Source: an uncultured Alphaproteobacteria bacterium (GTDB lineage: Bacteria; Pseudomonadota; Alphaproteobacteria; Rhizobiales; Xanthobacteraceae). From it: a DNA stretch of 64,000 nucleotides. The DNA is taken from positions 194,410 to 258,409 of the forward strand of contig CAVPDZ010000028.1 in NCBI GenBank assembly GCA_963702755.1, given 5' to 3'. The notes beneath the pieces are model-generated. The model was not told where the DNA came from. It worked only from the letters and a program-made list of their open reading frames with translations, and ran no database searches. Of this stretch, positions 52,150 to 64,000 are shown one piece after another; position 1 is the stretch's first letter, and each line of letters begins with the position of its first letter. The translations under genes were made by a program, and so were the position numbers.

Positions 52150-52305
52150 TGTAGATTTCGTCGGTTCCTGCAACCTTAAGGAGCCGCGGCGGCCGCGGCG
52201 CTCGCCCCCGAATCAGAACTCTCCATATAGGGTAGGGGCAGCGAAAGCGGATTTTTTTCAACCACCCTCCCTTGAGGGCAGGTCGATTGCATATGACGCG
52301 GCGCT

Positions 52306-52352
52306 TTCTTCTCCCTCCCCCCTTGTGGGGGAGGGTCGGGGTGGGGGGTCGG
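52306..52352. repeat. REP half-element (TCCCTCCCCCCTTGTGGGGGAGGGTCGGGGTGGGGGGTCGG)
   Basis: A single arm of the 8214-8326 family, abutting the transposase remnant. Confidence 0.6.
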
Positions 52353-52439
52353 ACCTGCTGGCCGGCGGCCTCGACGATCGGCGATATTCTCAAGCGGGCC
52401 TCCCTGATCGCGCCCACCAAACGACGACGGCGCCCGCTC

Positions 52440-53165
52440 GACCAGCCGCGAGCCGTGACAGCCGCCACGGCCGCCAATGACGAATGGGCGGTAGATATCA
52501 AAGGCTGGTTTCGCACCGGCGACAATTGCCGGATTGATCCTTTGACGCTGACCGATGGCCACAGTCGCTTCTTGCTCGAGGTGCGGATCGTGCCGCAGAC
52601 CATTGAAGGATCCCAGCCGGTGTTTGCGGCGGCGTTTCGCCGTTACGGATTGCAGGATGCGATCAGGTGCGACAACGGCTCGCCATTCGGTTCGACCGGC
52701 GCCGGCTGCCTGAAGGGATGTCGGGGTGGTGGATCAAGCTCGGCATCGCGCCACACTCATCCACCGGCCTCGCGCAGGAGAACGGCGCCACGAGCGCATG
52801 CATGGCACCTCAAGGCGCAGACCTCGCGGCCACGGCGCCGCTGCGGCGGAGCAGCAGGCGCGCTTTGATGCCTTTCGCTGGCACTACAACGAGGAGCGTC
52901 CGCATGAAGCGCTTGGCCAGCAACGCGCGGCGAGATCTACACGCCATCGCGCGGGGCGATGCCGGAGCGCGTAGAGGAGCTTGGTATGATGCGGATCACC
53001 AGGTACGGCGCGTGCGCGGCTCGGGCGAGATCAAGTGGAAGGACGAACGCGTCTTCGTCAGCGAGGCGCTGGTCGGCGAACCGGTCGGCATCGCCGAACT
53101 CGAAACCGGAGATCATGTGGAGCGCTTCTGCGACCGCGACATCGGCCTGATTGATCGCACGGCCG
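52440..53165 (+). mobile_element. decayed integrase-core (rve/DDE) transposase remnant lacking its N-terminus, with multiple frameshifts
   Basis: Fragments lie in three frames: NDEWAVDIKGWFRTGDNCRIDPLTLTDGHSRFLLEV...AIRCDNGSPFGS; WWIKLGI; RHERMH; AEQQARFDAFRWHYNEERPHEALGQQ; YDADHQVRRVRGSGEIKWKDERVFVSEALVGEPVGIAELETGDHV. Confidence 0.7.
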
Positions 53166-53345
53166 GTACCGCCGCTTGCGCCGCGCCGCTTTGGCCTGTG
53201 CGACGCGCGCTCGGATCCCGAAACCTGCGCGTCGCCGCCAGATGCTGCCACCGCGGGGGCACGGCCTTGATCGCTCGGATCGCCGAGTGTTTGAACGCGA
53301 GGCCGCCGTCGAGGACGACGTCGTTGCCGCTGCGCGGTAAATCCT
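53165..53345 (-). mobile_element. possible second transposase fragment (IS630-like C-terminal piece), very decayed
   Basis: Minus-strand reading ..SGNDVVLDGGLAFKHSAIRAIKAVPPRWQHL.. loosely resembles the LDN..HK....PRW segment of IS630-type DDE transposases. Weak and from memory only. Confidence 0.25.
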
Positions 53346-53379
53346 TGAGGTAGGGTGCGGCACAGGTTTCGCCATGCTG

Positions 53380-53423
53380 CCCGACCCCCACCCCCGACCC
53401 CTCCTCCACAAGGGGGAGGGGAG
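53380..53423. repeat. REP half-element (CCCGACCCCCACCCCCGACCCCTCCTCCACAAGGGGGAGGGGAG)
   Basis: Opposite-orientation arm of the same family as 52306-52352. The two bracket the transposase debris. Confidence 0.6.
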
Positions 53424-53624
53424 AACGATCGGCGTGGCCGCGCCTCAGGCCCATACCCTCTTCTTGGAGGGGGGCCTCCCAGGGTGGTGAACCAGTAGGA
53501 AGCCCATGACCAACGCTGTGGATTACCGGGACAAGGGACGATCCGGGGGCGAACATGGGCACTCGCCATATAATAGGGGGACTCGATTCGCGGGTCCCGG
53601 CTCTGAGCCGAGACGACCATAACG

Positions 53625-55544
53625 ATGCGGTTTCCGCCTCAATTCCTCGATGAGCTGCGCGCGCGGCTTCCGGTGTCGGAAGTCGTGGGCAAGCGCGTGC
53701 GGCTCAAGAAGGCGGGACGCGAATGGAAAGGGCTGTCGCCCTTCAACAAGGAGCGCAGCCCGTCGTTTTTCGTCAATGATCACAAGGGTTTCTACCACGA
53801 TTTCTCGTCCGGCAAGCACGGCGACATCTTCAGCTTCGTGATGGACACGGAAGGCGTCACCTTCCCCGAAGCGGTGGAACGGCTGGCGGGCCTTGCCGGA
53901 CTTGCGGTCCCCAAGCTCACCGAGGAGGCCGAGGCGGAGGCGAAACACCACCGCACGCTCCATGAGGTGATCGAGCTTGCCGCGAAGTTCTTCGAGGCGA
54001 CGCTGGCGAGCCGGTCGGGCGCTGCGGCACGCGGCTACCTCGCCGACCGCGGGCTCGATCCGGCGACCCAATTGCGCTTCCGCATCGGCTTCGCCCCACC
54101 GGAACGCTTCGCCCTCAAGGAGCATCTCGGCAGCCACGGCGTGCCGGTTGAGGCGATGATCGAGGCCGGGCTCCTCGCCGCGGGCGACGAAATCCCCGTG
54201 CCCTACGATCGGTTCCGGAACCGGGTCATGTTTCCGATCGCCGATCTCGCAGGCCGCATCGTCGCGTTTGGCGGCCGCGCCCTCGATAAGGATGCCCCGG
54301 CGAAATACCTCAATTCGCCCGAGACGCCGCTCTTTCACAAAGGCGCGCTCCTCTACAACGGCGCGGCGGCGCGCAAGGCCGCCCACCAGGGTGCCCCGCT
54401 CATCGCCGTGGAAGGCTATGTGGACGTGATCGCCATGGTGACGGCGGGCTATGCGGCGACCGTCGCGCCGCTCGGCACCGCGCTCACCGAAAATCAGCTC
54501 GCGCTCCTGTGGAAGATGGCCGACGAGCCGATCCTGTGCTTCGACGGCGACTCCGCCGGGCGCCGCGCGGCCTATCGCGCGGTCGACCTCGCGCTGCCCC
54601 ACATCAAGCCCGGCAAGAGCCTGCGGTTCGCGTCGCTGCCTGAGGGACATGATCCGGACGATCTTGTCCGCTCCGGCGGCCCCGGTGCGGTCGCTGATGT
54701 CCTGGCCGGCGCCCGTCCGCTCGCCGACGTGCTGTGGTCGCGGGAAGTGGAGGCTGGGCGGTTCGACACGCCGGAGCGTCGCGCCGGCCTCGAAGCGCGC
54801 ATCAACGAGCTTGCAGCTGCGATCGGCGACGAGACGGTTCGCCGTTATTATCGCGAGGATTTGCGGCAGCGCCTGCGCGATCTGACGGCGCCTGCGGCCC
54901 GCGGACCTGCGCGCGGTTCGGACAAGGAGCCGCAACGGCCGTGGCGCGGTCGCGGCGCGCCGCCGGCAGCGACGACGCCCGCGCGGATCGCGCCGTTGTC
55001 GCCGCGGCTGCAGGTCTCCTCGATCGTACGCGGCTCACGCAGTGCCGTGCCGACGCGAGAAGCGCTCATCCTGCTCTCGGCCTGCAATCACCCGTGGCTT
55101 CTCGATACCGAGGCCGAGCATCTCGCCGACCTCGAGTTCCACAATGGCGATGCCGACACGCTGCGCCGGGTCATGCTCGACCTCTCGGCCGAGCGTCACC
55201 ATTCCCGCGAGACCTTGCGCGAGGCGCTCGCAGCGCGCGATTGTGGGCCGATCCTCGCCCGCATCGAGGCCGCCGTGACCCACCTCGCCGACTGGCCCGC
55301 CCGGGAAGGCGCCGCGCCTGAGGACGTGCTCCAGTGGTGGAACCATGTTCTCACCTTGCATCGCAAGAACCGTACGTTAAATAAGGCGCTAAAGGAGGCC
55401 GAACGTGCCTTGGGGGAAGAACTGAGCGAGCAGAATTTTGCCCGGCTCCAGGACGTTCGAGGGCAGCTTTCAGCGCTCGAAGGAACTGAAGCGACAATTG
55501 ACGGCTTCGGGGCCCTGTCGGGGCGGCCGGTGCGCGGGCTTTAG
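53625..55544 (+). CDS. dnaG: DNA primase
   Basis: MRFPPQFLDELRARLPVSEVV...SPFNKERSPSFFVNDHKGFYHDFSSGKHGDIFSF; TOPRIM region (EGYVDVIA, FDGDSAGRRAA). Intact 639-aa ORF. Confidence 0.95.
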   Translation: MRFPPQFLDELRARLPVSEVVGKRVRLKKAGREWKGLSPFNKERSPSFFVNDHKGFYHDFSSGKHGDIFSFVMDTEGVTFPEAVERLAGLAGLAVPKLTEEAEAEAKHHRTLHEVIELAAKFFEATLASRSGAAARGYLADRGLDPATQLRFRIGFAPPERFALKEHLGSHGVPVEAMIEAGLLAAGDEIPVPYDRFRNRVMFPIADLAGRIVAFGGRALDKDAPAKYLNSPETPLFHKGALLYNGAAARKAAHQGAPLIAVEGYVDVIAMVTAGYAATVAPLGTALTENQLALLWKMADEPILCFDGDSAGRRAAYRAVDLALPHIKPGKSLRFASLPEGHDPDDLVRSGGPGAVADVLAGARPLADVLWSREVEAGRFDTPERRAGLEARINELAAAIGDETVRRYYREDLRQRLRDLTAPAARGPARGSDKEPQRPWRGRGAPPAATTPARIAPLSPRLQVSSIVRGSRSAVPTREALILLSACNHPWLLDTEAEHLADLEFHNGDADTLRRVMLDLSAERHHSRETLREALAARDCGPILARIEAAVTHLADWPAREGAAPEDVLQWWNHVLTLHRKNRTLNKALKEAERALGEELSEQNFARLQDVRGQLSALEGTEATIDGFGALSGRPVRGL

Positions 55545-55560
55545 GATCGGGATGGCCGGT

Positions 55561-55597
55561 GGCCGGAGGGTTCCGTCAAGGGAAACTCCGGCCTTTT
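55561..55597 (+). terminator. rho-independent terminator-like hairpin after dnaG
   Basis: GGCCGGAG...CTCCGGCC stem followed by TTTTC. Confidence 0.55.
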
Positions 55598-55756
55598 CAA
55601 ACGTTTGATAGGACGACGTAACAAGGAGGCGGAGCGAGGGTTAAGCGGGACTTAAAGTGTCTCGGCAACACTTCGCTCGACCAATTCGAGCGTCGGCTTC
55701 CTCAAAACGCATTAGCGCAACCACAAGTAAAGGGCAGAAGCCCGGAGTTCACGAGA

Positions 55757-57856
<2,100 letters not shown>

Positions 57857-58059
57857 CAAGCCGACGCCGACTATCGTCCTTTTTAGAGAATGATGTATTC
57901 GTTGTCATCGCCACAGGACACGGTTTCGCCTACGAGCACTCTTCGACCTTGGATCGCCGACAGCGGATGCTCGCCTCAGCAGCGCACTCGCGGCCGAGAA
58001 AGGGACCGACGGATAGCTTGCGACGGTGGATGAGGCAGATGCCGCTGCTTGTCCTTGCT

Positions 58060-58215
58060 CAATTTCCGATGCCATTGTTATATCTGAAGGTAAGCGCTAT
58101 GATGTCGAGGACATGGGAGCTCTGGAGACGGGTTATCGGCGATGTTTCCGAACGTACAGGCGAAATGGCGACGTGCCGTTCGACGGAGGTCAAAGCTTCG
58201 GCGGATTAACGTCGT
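58060..58215 (+). pseudogene. possible ParD/RHH-type antitoxin remnant
   Basis: Pieces in two frames (..ISEGKRYDVEDMGALE.. and ..GDVPFDGGQSFGG..) resemble the GRY.S.SEV and C-terminal PFD segments of ParD-type antitoxins. Weak. Confidence 0.2.
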
Positions 58216-58289
58216 GATCGGCGTTGCGGCGCAATGAAGCTTGCGCATCGACCCGCACGCCGACGCAAAGTGTCCGTTCATGGGAATGA

Positions 58290-58592
58290 CGCGTTCAAAT
58301 CTTCCTGATCGGATGACATCGAGTGTTCGGACCTCGATCGCGTTCGCGAGTTTTCTTCAACTGTCAGAAATCCTGACGCGGCCGATGCGTGCCAGAGGGC
58401 ATCTGGACGGCGCTAGGTCGCTTGATCTGCGCCCTACCTTGGTCGAGCCGAATCGAGGGATCGAGGGCATATCGGCAGATCATTGCTGCAAGTTCGACCG
58501 CTGGCTACGTCGTCCGTTATCGCGTGCTGCCACCGGAACGACGCGATCTTTGTCATCTCAGGATCTTGCATGGTCGCGAACGTCGCAAGTAA
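58290..58592 (+). pseudogene. ParE/RelE-superfamily toxin remnant, multiple frameshifts
   Basis: N-terminal-like piece SDLDRVREF..RNPDAADA in one frame. The C-terminal piece AGYVVRYRVLPPERRDLCHLRILHGRERRK* (ORF 58389..58592) matches the Y.v.Yrv....v.ILrIlHgrr signature. Confidence 0.4.
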
Positions 58593-58653
58593 CGAAGGTG
58601 TGAAACATCCCAGTACTCGATCCGGTCGGCCTGCTTTCGGATCGCTGGACCCA

Positions 58654-58919
58654 ATGATTGACGTTGTTTCCGTGAAGCCGACCGGCGGCTTCAAGCTGCG
58701 AGTTGCCTTTTCCGATGGCTCGGCGGGGTGCATGATTTTTCGTCGACGGCGGCGCGTGACGGCGAGATGGTGCGGCCCTTGAAGGACCCCGCATTCTTTG
58801 CACGCGTCTTCGTCGAGCTTGGCGCGCTGACGTGGCCGAACGGATTTGATCTCGATCCAATTGCGCTTCACGACCGGATGGAAGCGGCTGGCGAACTCAG
58901 CCGCGAAGCAGCGGAGTAG
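58654..58919 (+). pseudogene. DUF2442-family protein, frameshifted near 58725
   Basis: MIDVVSVKPTGGFKLRVAFSDGSAG | VHDFSSTAARDGEMVRPLKDPAFFARVFVELGALTWPNGFDLDPIALHDRM.... The junction is in a G-run (GCGGGGTGC). Confidence 0.65.
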
Positions 58920-58954
58920 GGCGCGGTAGCGCAACGAATTGCGCCGCTGTGCCG

Positions 58955-59005
58955 CGGACAGGCCCCCTCCCTGACCCTCCCCCGCAAGCGGGAGAGGGGA
59001 AAAGA
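58955..59005. repeat. REP half-element nearly identical to 697-748
   Basis: GGACAGGCCCCCTCCCTGACCCTCCCCCGCAAGCGGGAGAGGGGAAAAGA. Confidence 0.65.
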
Positions 59006-59090
59006 CCGAGTTTGCGCTCGCAGATTTGTGCCGGCTCAGAGCGGCGGAATGCGCTTCGCTATTCCGCCCTACGGGCGCGCCGGTGGCTCG

Positions 59091-61392
59091 CTACTCCGCC
59101 TGCCCGGCGCACACATCGATCTCCGGGGTGGCGTCGGCGTAGCCGGCGAGGCGCATTTCGGGGCGGGGGAGCTTGGCGAGGCCGGCGAGGCGGTGGGTGC
59201 AGGCCTCGGCGATGAGGTCGCGGGGAGCGAGCGCGGCGAAGCGCGTATCCCAGATGCGGGCGGTGTCGTCGGAGGAGGCGGTGACGACGCGGCGGCCGTC
59301 GCGGCTGAAGGCGGCGGAATTGACGAGACTGGCGTGGCCGCGCAGCACCGCGATCGATTTCGCGGATGCAACGTCCCAGACGCGCGCGGTGCGGTCCCAC
59401 GATGCGGTCAGCGCGCGCGTGCCGTCGGGGCTGAAGGCCGCCGACGACAGATAGTGTTCATGGCCGCGCAGCACCGCGATCTCGGCGCCGGTCGCGGCGT
59501 CCCAGATACGGGCGGTGAGGTCGGTCGACGCGGTGATGACGCGCGTGCCGTCGGGGCTGAAGGCCGCGGACGTGACGCTGTGCTCGTGGCCGCGCAGCAC
59601 CAGCAACGCTTGCGCGGTCGCGGCGTCCCAGATGCGCGCGGTGCCGTCCGCGGACGCCGTGACGATGCGCGCGCCATCGGGCGCGAACGCCGCGCTCGTC
59701 ACCTCGGCATCGTGGCCGCGCAGCACCGCGAGCGCCTTGCCGGTCGCGATATCGAAGATGCGCGCGGTCTTGTCGGCCGAAGCCGGTGACGAGGCGCGTT
59801 CCGTCGGGACTGAAGGCGACCGACGACACGTCGGCATCGTGGCCGCGTAACACCGCGATCTCAGTGCCGGTCCCCGCGTCCCAGATCCGCGCGGTGCGAT
59901 CCGCCGATGCCGTCGCGATCCGCCGGCCGTCGGGACTGAAGGTCGCGCCGGTGACCTCGCCGTCGTGGCCGCGCAGCACCGCGATCTCGGCGCCGCTCGC
60001 CGCATCGAAGATGCGGGCGGTGTGGTCGGCGGACGGCTGTGACGACGCGCGTCCCGTCAGGGCTGAGCGCCGCCTGTGCGACGCTGCTGCCGTGACGAAG
60101 CACGGCGATTTCATTGACGGGCCCCGCGCGCCAGATGCGAGCCGAATGGTCCGCCGAGGCGGTGACGATGCGCGTGCCGCTCGGATCGAAGCCGGCGGCG
60201 AGCACGTAGTTCTCGTGGCCGCGCAGCACGCCGATCTCCTTGCCGGTCGCCGCGTCAAAAATGCGGGCGGTGTTGTCGAACGCCGCAGTGATGATGCGCT
60301 TGCCGTCGGGACTGAACGCGGCGCCGCCGAGGTCATCGTCGTGGCGCAGCACCATGAGTTCCTTGCCGGTCGCGGCGTCCCACACCCGTGCGGTGTGGTC
60401 CCAGCCGGCGGTGACGACGCGCCCGCCGTCCGGGCTGAAGGCCGCCTGAGACCACATCATTGCTGTGACCGCGCAACACCATGATCTCGGCGCCCGAAGC
60501 GGCATCGAAGATGCGCGCGGTGGCATCGAACGAAGCGGTGACGACGCGGCGGCCGTCGGGACTGAACGCTGCCGATGCCACGCCTTTCTCGTGCCCGCGC
60601 AGGACGCCGATCTCCGCCGCCGTCGCGGCATCGAAGATGCGCGCGGTGCCATCGAGCGACGCGGTGACGATCCGCGTGCCATCGGGGCTGAAGACTGCGG
60701 AGCGCACTTCGCCGTCGTGGCCGCGCAAGATCGCGAGCGGCTTCCCGCTCGCAGCGTCCCACAGCCGCGCGGTGTGATCCGCCGACGCGGTGATGATGCG
60801 CGCGCCGTCGGGGCTGAACGCAGCGCCGCGGACCGCGCCGTCGTGCCCGCGCAGGATCAGGATTGGTTTGCCGGTCGACGGCATCGAAGATGCGCGCCGT
60901 CTTGTCGACGGAAGCGGTGACGACGCGCGTGCCGTCCGGGCTGAAGGCTGCGGCGAGGACGCCGTTCTCATGGCCTGCGAGGGTCACGACCCAGCCGGCC
61001 CGCCCGAGTGCTGACGCGAGCGCCGTTGCCGCGGCCCGGGCCGCGACGGCTTGCGGATCGAGTTTGCTTTCGAACGCCGCGGCATGCACGGCGAGACGTA
61101 GCGCACCGTCGAGATTGCCGCGCGCGGCTTCGCCGTCGGCGAGCTGCGCGAGAAGGCTCACCCGCGCGCGGTCGATGACCTCTTGCGCTTCGCGATTGCT
61201 TTGGAATTGCCACAGCACCAGCGCGAGGCCCGCGGCAACAATGGCTGCCATGGCGCCAAGCGCCCACCGCGCCCTCTGCTGCATCCGTTCGGTGCGCGCG
61301 AGCGTCGCGGCAAACGCGGCGAGACGGGCCGCCTCCGCGGCGTCATTGCCTTCGGGGGGGCGAGGCTTGCGCAATTTCGTCTGAGCCTTCAT
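59091..61392 (-). pseudogene. membrane-anchored WD40-repeat protein (~766 aa, 14 WD repeats), four +1 frameshifts (~60880, ~60463, ~60045, ~59785)
   Basis: Five overlapping minus-strand ORFs join into one protein. The N-terminus MKAQTKLRKPRPPEG.. carries a TM helix (WALGAMAAIVAAGLALVLW). Then come 14 units of the type VLRGH....[22 protein letters not shown] with a 126-nt period. C-terminus ..EACTHRLAGLAKLPRPEMRLAGYADATPEIDVCAGQAE*. Confidence 0.8.
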
Positions 61393-61460
61393 CCGGTTCG
61401 GTGCTGCCTCCGAAGGACGTTAAGCACAGCATCGCAACACCGCGCGAGCGGAATCGCCAT

Positions 61461-61491
61461 AAAAGGAAAATGGCCGGGACATGCCCGGCCA
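61461..61491 (-). terminator. rho-independent terminator after the PPIase gene
   Basis: Minus strand: GGCCGGGCATGTCCCGGCC hairpin followed by ATTTTCCTTTT. Confidence 0.6.
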
Positions 61492-61543
61492 TCATCAAAG
61501 TTGAAAACTGCGACGACGACGAAATCCGTCGGTCGCTCTCTCT

Positions 61544-62503
61544 CTACTTCTTCGGCGCGGCGGGCGCCGGTGCAGCGGCCGGCGCCGCCGGGGTATCCAG
61601 CCGTTCGATCTTTGCGGTCTGGCGCAGCTTGTTGACGTAGTCGACCTGGGCTTTGCGCGAAGCGTAAGTCTCGATTTCCTCACGCACCTGGTCGAAGGGC
61701 GGTCCGTCGCGCTTGTCCTCGACCTTGATCACGTGCCAGCCGAACTGGGTCTTGACCGGGTCGGAGACCTGGCCCGTCTGCATCTTGAACGCCACCTCGG
61801 CGAATTCCGGCACCATGGTTTCGCGGGTGAAATAGCCGAGGTCGCCGCCGTTCTGCTTGCCCGACGGATCCTCGGTCATGCTGTTCGCGAGCGCGACGAA
61901 GTCTTCGCCCTTCTTGATGCGCACGATGACGGCCTTCACCTTGTCCTCGGCGGCCTTGCTCGCGGCCTTGTCATTGGGATCGGCGACGCGGAACAGGATA
62001 TGGCGCGCGTGCACCTGTTGCTGGCCGCCCTGCTGCTTCATCGCCTCTTCGTAAATCTTGTGCAGCGCCTCGTCGGTGACCGCGGACTTCGTCTGTTCGA
62101 CCAGCATGATCTCCATCAAGGTCTTGTTGCGGGCGAAGGCCATCCGCGCCTTGAAATCGGCGCTGTCGGGAATTTTCTTGGCCTCCGCCGCCTTGGCGAT
62201 CAGGATCAAGTCGGTGAGATAATTGATGAGGTACTCGCGCTTGCTGGCCTCGTCGGTTCCGGGATTGTCGCCCCTCACGTCCTCGTCCGCGATCGTGAGG
62301 TCGCTCTGGTGGATCTCGACGCCTTCCACCTTGGCGATCACCGGGTCGGCGGGGGCCTGGGCATAGGCGAAGCCCGACGCCGCCATCGCGGCGGCGATGC
62401 TTAAGGCCACACCGGCCGCGAAGACGGAGCCGCGGCCGCGCCGCGGCCCTGACGTGCCGCCATCGGCACGATAAGATGCGGCTGAACGGAGAGAGGAGAT
62501 CAT
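61544..62503 (-). CDS. PpiC/parvulin-type peptidylprolyl isomerase (SurA/PrsA-like, periplasmic)
   Basis: ATG at 62503. Signal-anchor ..VFAAGVALSIAAAMAASGFAYAQA. Parvulin domain (VHARHILF...GGDLGYF..MVPEFAEVAF..G..S.PVKTQFGWHVIKVED). Confidence 0.85.
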   Translation of the reverse strand: MISSLRSAASYRADGGTSGPRRGRGSVFAAGVALSIAAAMAASGFAYAQAPADPVIAKVEGVEIHQSDLTIADEDVRGDNPGTDEASKREYLINYLTDLILIAKAAEAKKIPDSADFKARMAFARNKTLMEIMLVEQTKSAVTDEALHKIYEEAMKQQGGQQQVHARHILFRVADPNDKAASKAAEDKVKAVIVRIKKGEDFVALANSMTEDPSGKQNGGDLGYFTRETMVPEFAEVAFKMQTGQVSDPVKTQFGWHVIKVEDKRDGPPFDQVREEIETYASRKAQVDYVNKLRQTAKIERLDTPAAPAAAPAPAAPKK

Positions 62504-62657
62504 TGGAAAATCCTTGGAGTTTGGAGCGCCGCAAACGGCGGCCGCAGGGAAGATTCGGGGGCCGGACACTCGCGCAAACGGTCCCGATTGGCAACCGATG
62601 CCACCCTTATCGGCGCCAACGACGGCGTGATTGCGGCGGTCGTTTGACCGCGGCCGA

Positions 62658-62685
62658 TTGACAAAGTCCTACCCCCTCCTATCTC
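62658..62685 (+). promoter_or_regulatory. candidate sigma70-type promoter upstream of secA (TTGACA-16 nt-TATCTC)
   Basis: The hexamers were read directly, ~165 nt upstream of the secA ATG. No other support. Confidence 0.2.
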
Positions 62686-62850
62686 TCGCTCACCTGACGG
62701 TCCGCTCACCGGGGCATTCGCTGCTACGCCTCGCCAGGCCCGAAAAGCACCGCAATGTGAATGTGTTGGGGATCGGGGGGATCAATGCCGGCAGTGCGAC
62801 GCAACGGTCCGCCGGCCCTATAAGGAGCGGACGAGAAAGGAAACCCCGGC

Positions 62851-64000
<1,150 letters not shown>

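Overview
High-GC alphaproteobacterial chromosomal segment. The intergenic REP families and gene order resemble Bradyrhizobiaceae/Nitrobacteraceae; this is inference only, no search was run. Housekeeping backbone: gcdH; aa3 cytochrome c oxidase cluster ctaC-ctaD-ctaB-(small ORF)-ctaG-ctaE-DUF983-SURF1; murU-like/addB/addA/trxA; folC; dnaG-rpoD; a PpiC-type PPIase; and the 5' part of secA. Accessory content: (1) a ptxABCD-type phosphite uptake/oxidation operon with a Pho-box-like site. (2) An xanthine-dehydrogenase-family M-S-L operon with a coupled XRE regulator, plus an orphan M and an orphan L subunit. (3) An EmrAB-like efflux pair. (4) Three Bug/TTT binding proteins. (5) A binding-protein-less metal ABC transporter preceded by a 49-aa His-rich membrane micro-ORF. 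(6) A GT2-GtrA fusion next to a large polytopic membrane protein. (7) A 14-repeat membrane-anchored WD40 protein. (8) An AT-rich islet with a 2-TM protein and an ImmA/IrrE-like peptidase. (9) A decayed parDE-like/DUF2442 islet after rpoD. (10) Transposase remnants between folC and dnaG. (11) Many palindromic REP elements, including a ~290-bp REP composite inside the addA reading frame. About 20 otherwise well-conserved genes are interrupted by single-base frameshifts as given. Where the site can be localised, it is often a short homopolymer run, so many may be assembly indel errors rather than true pseudogenes. No tRNA, rRNA or CRISPR array was recognised by eye. Nearly all long antisense ORFs in the track are high-GC shadow ORFs.
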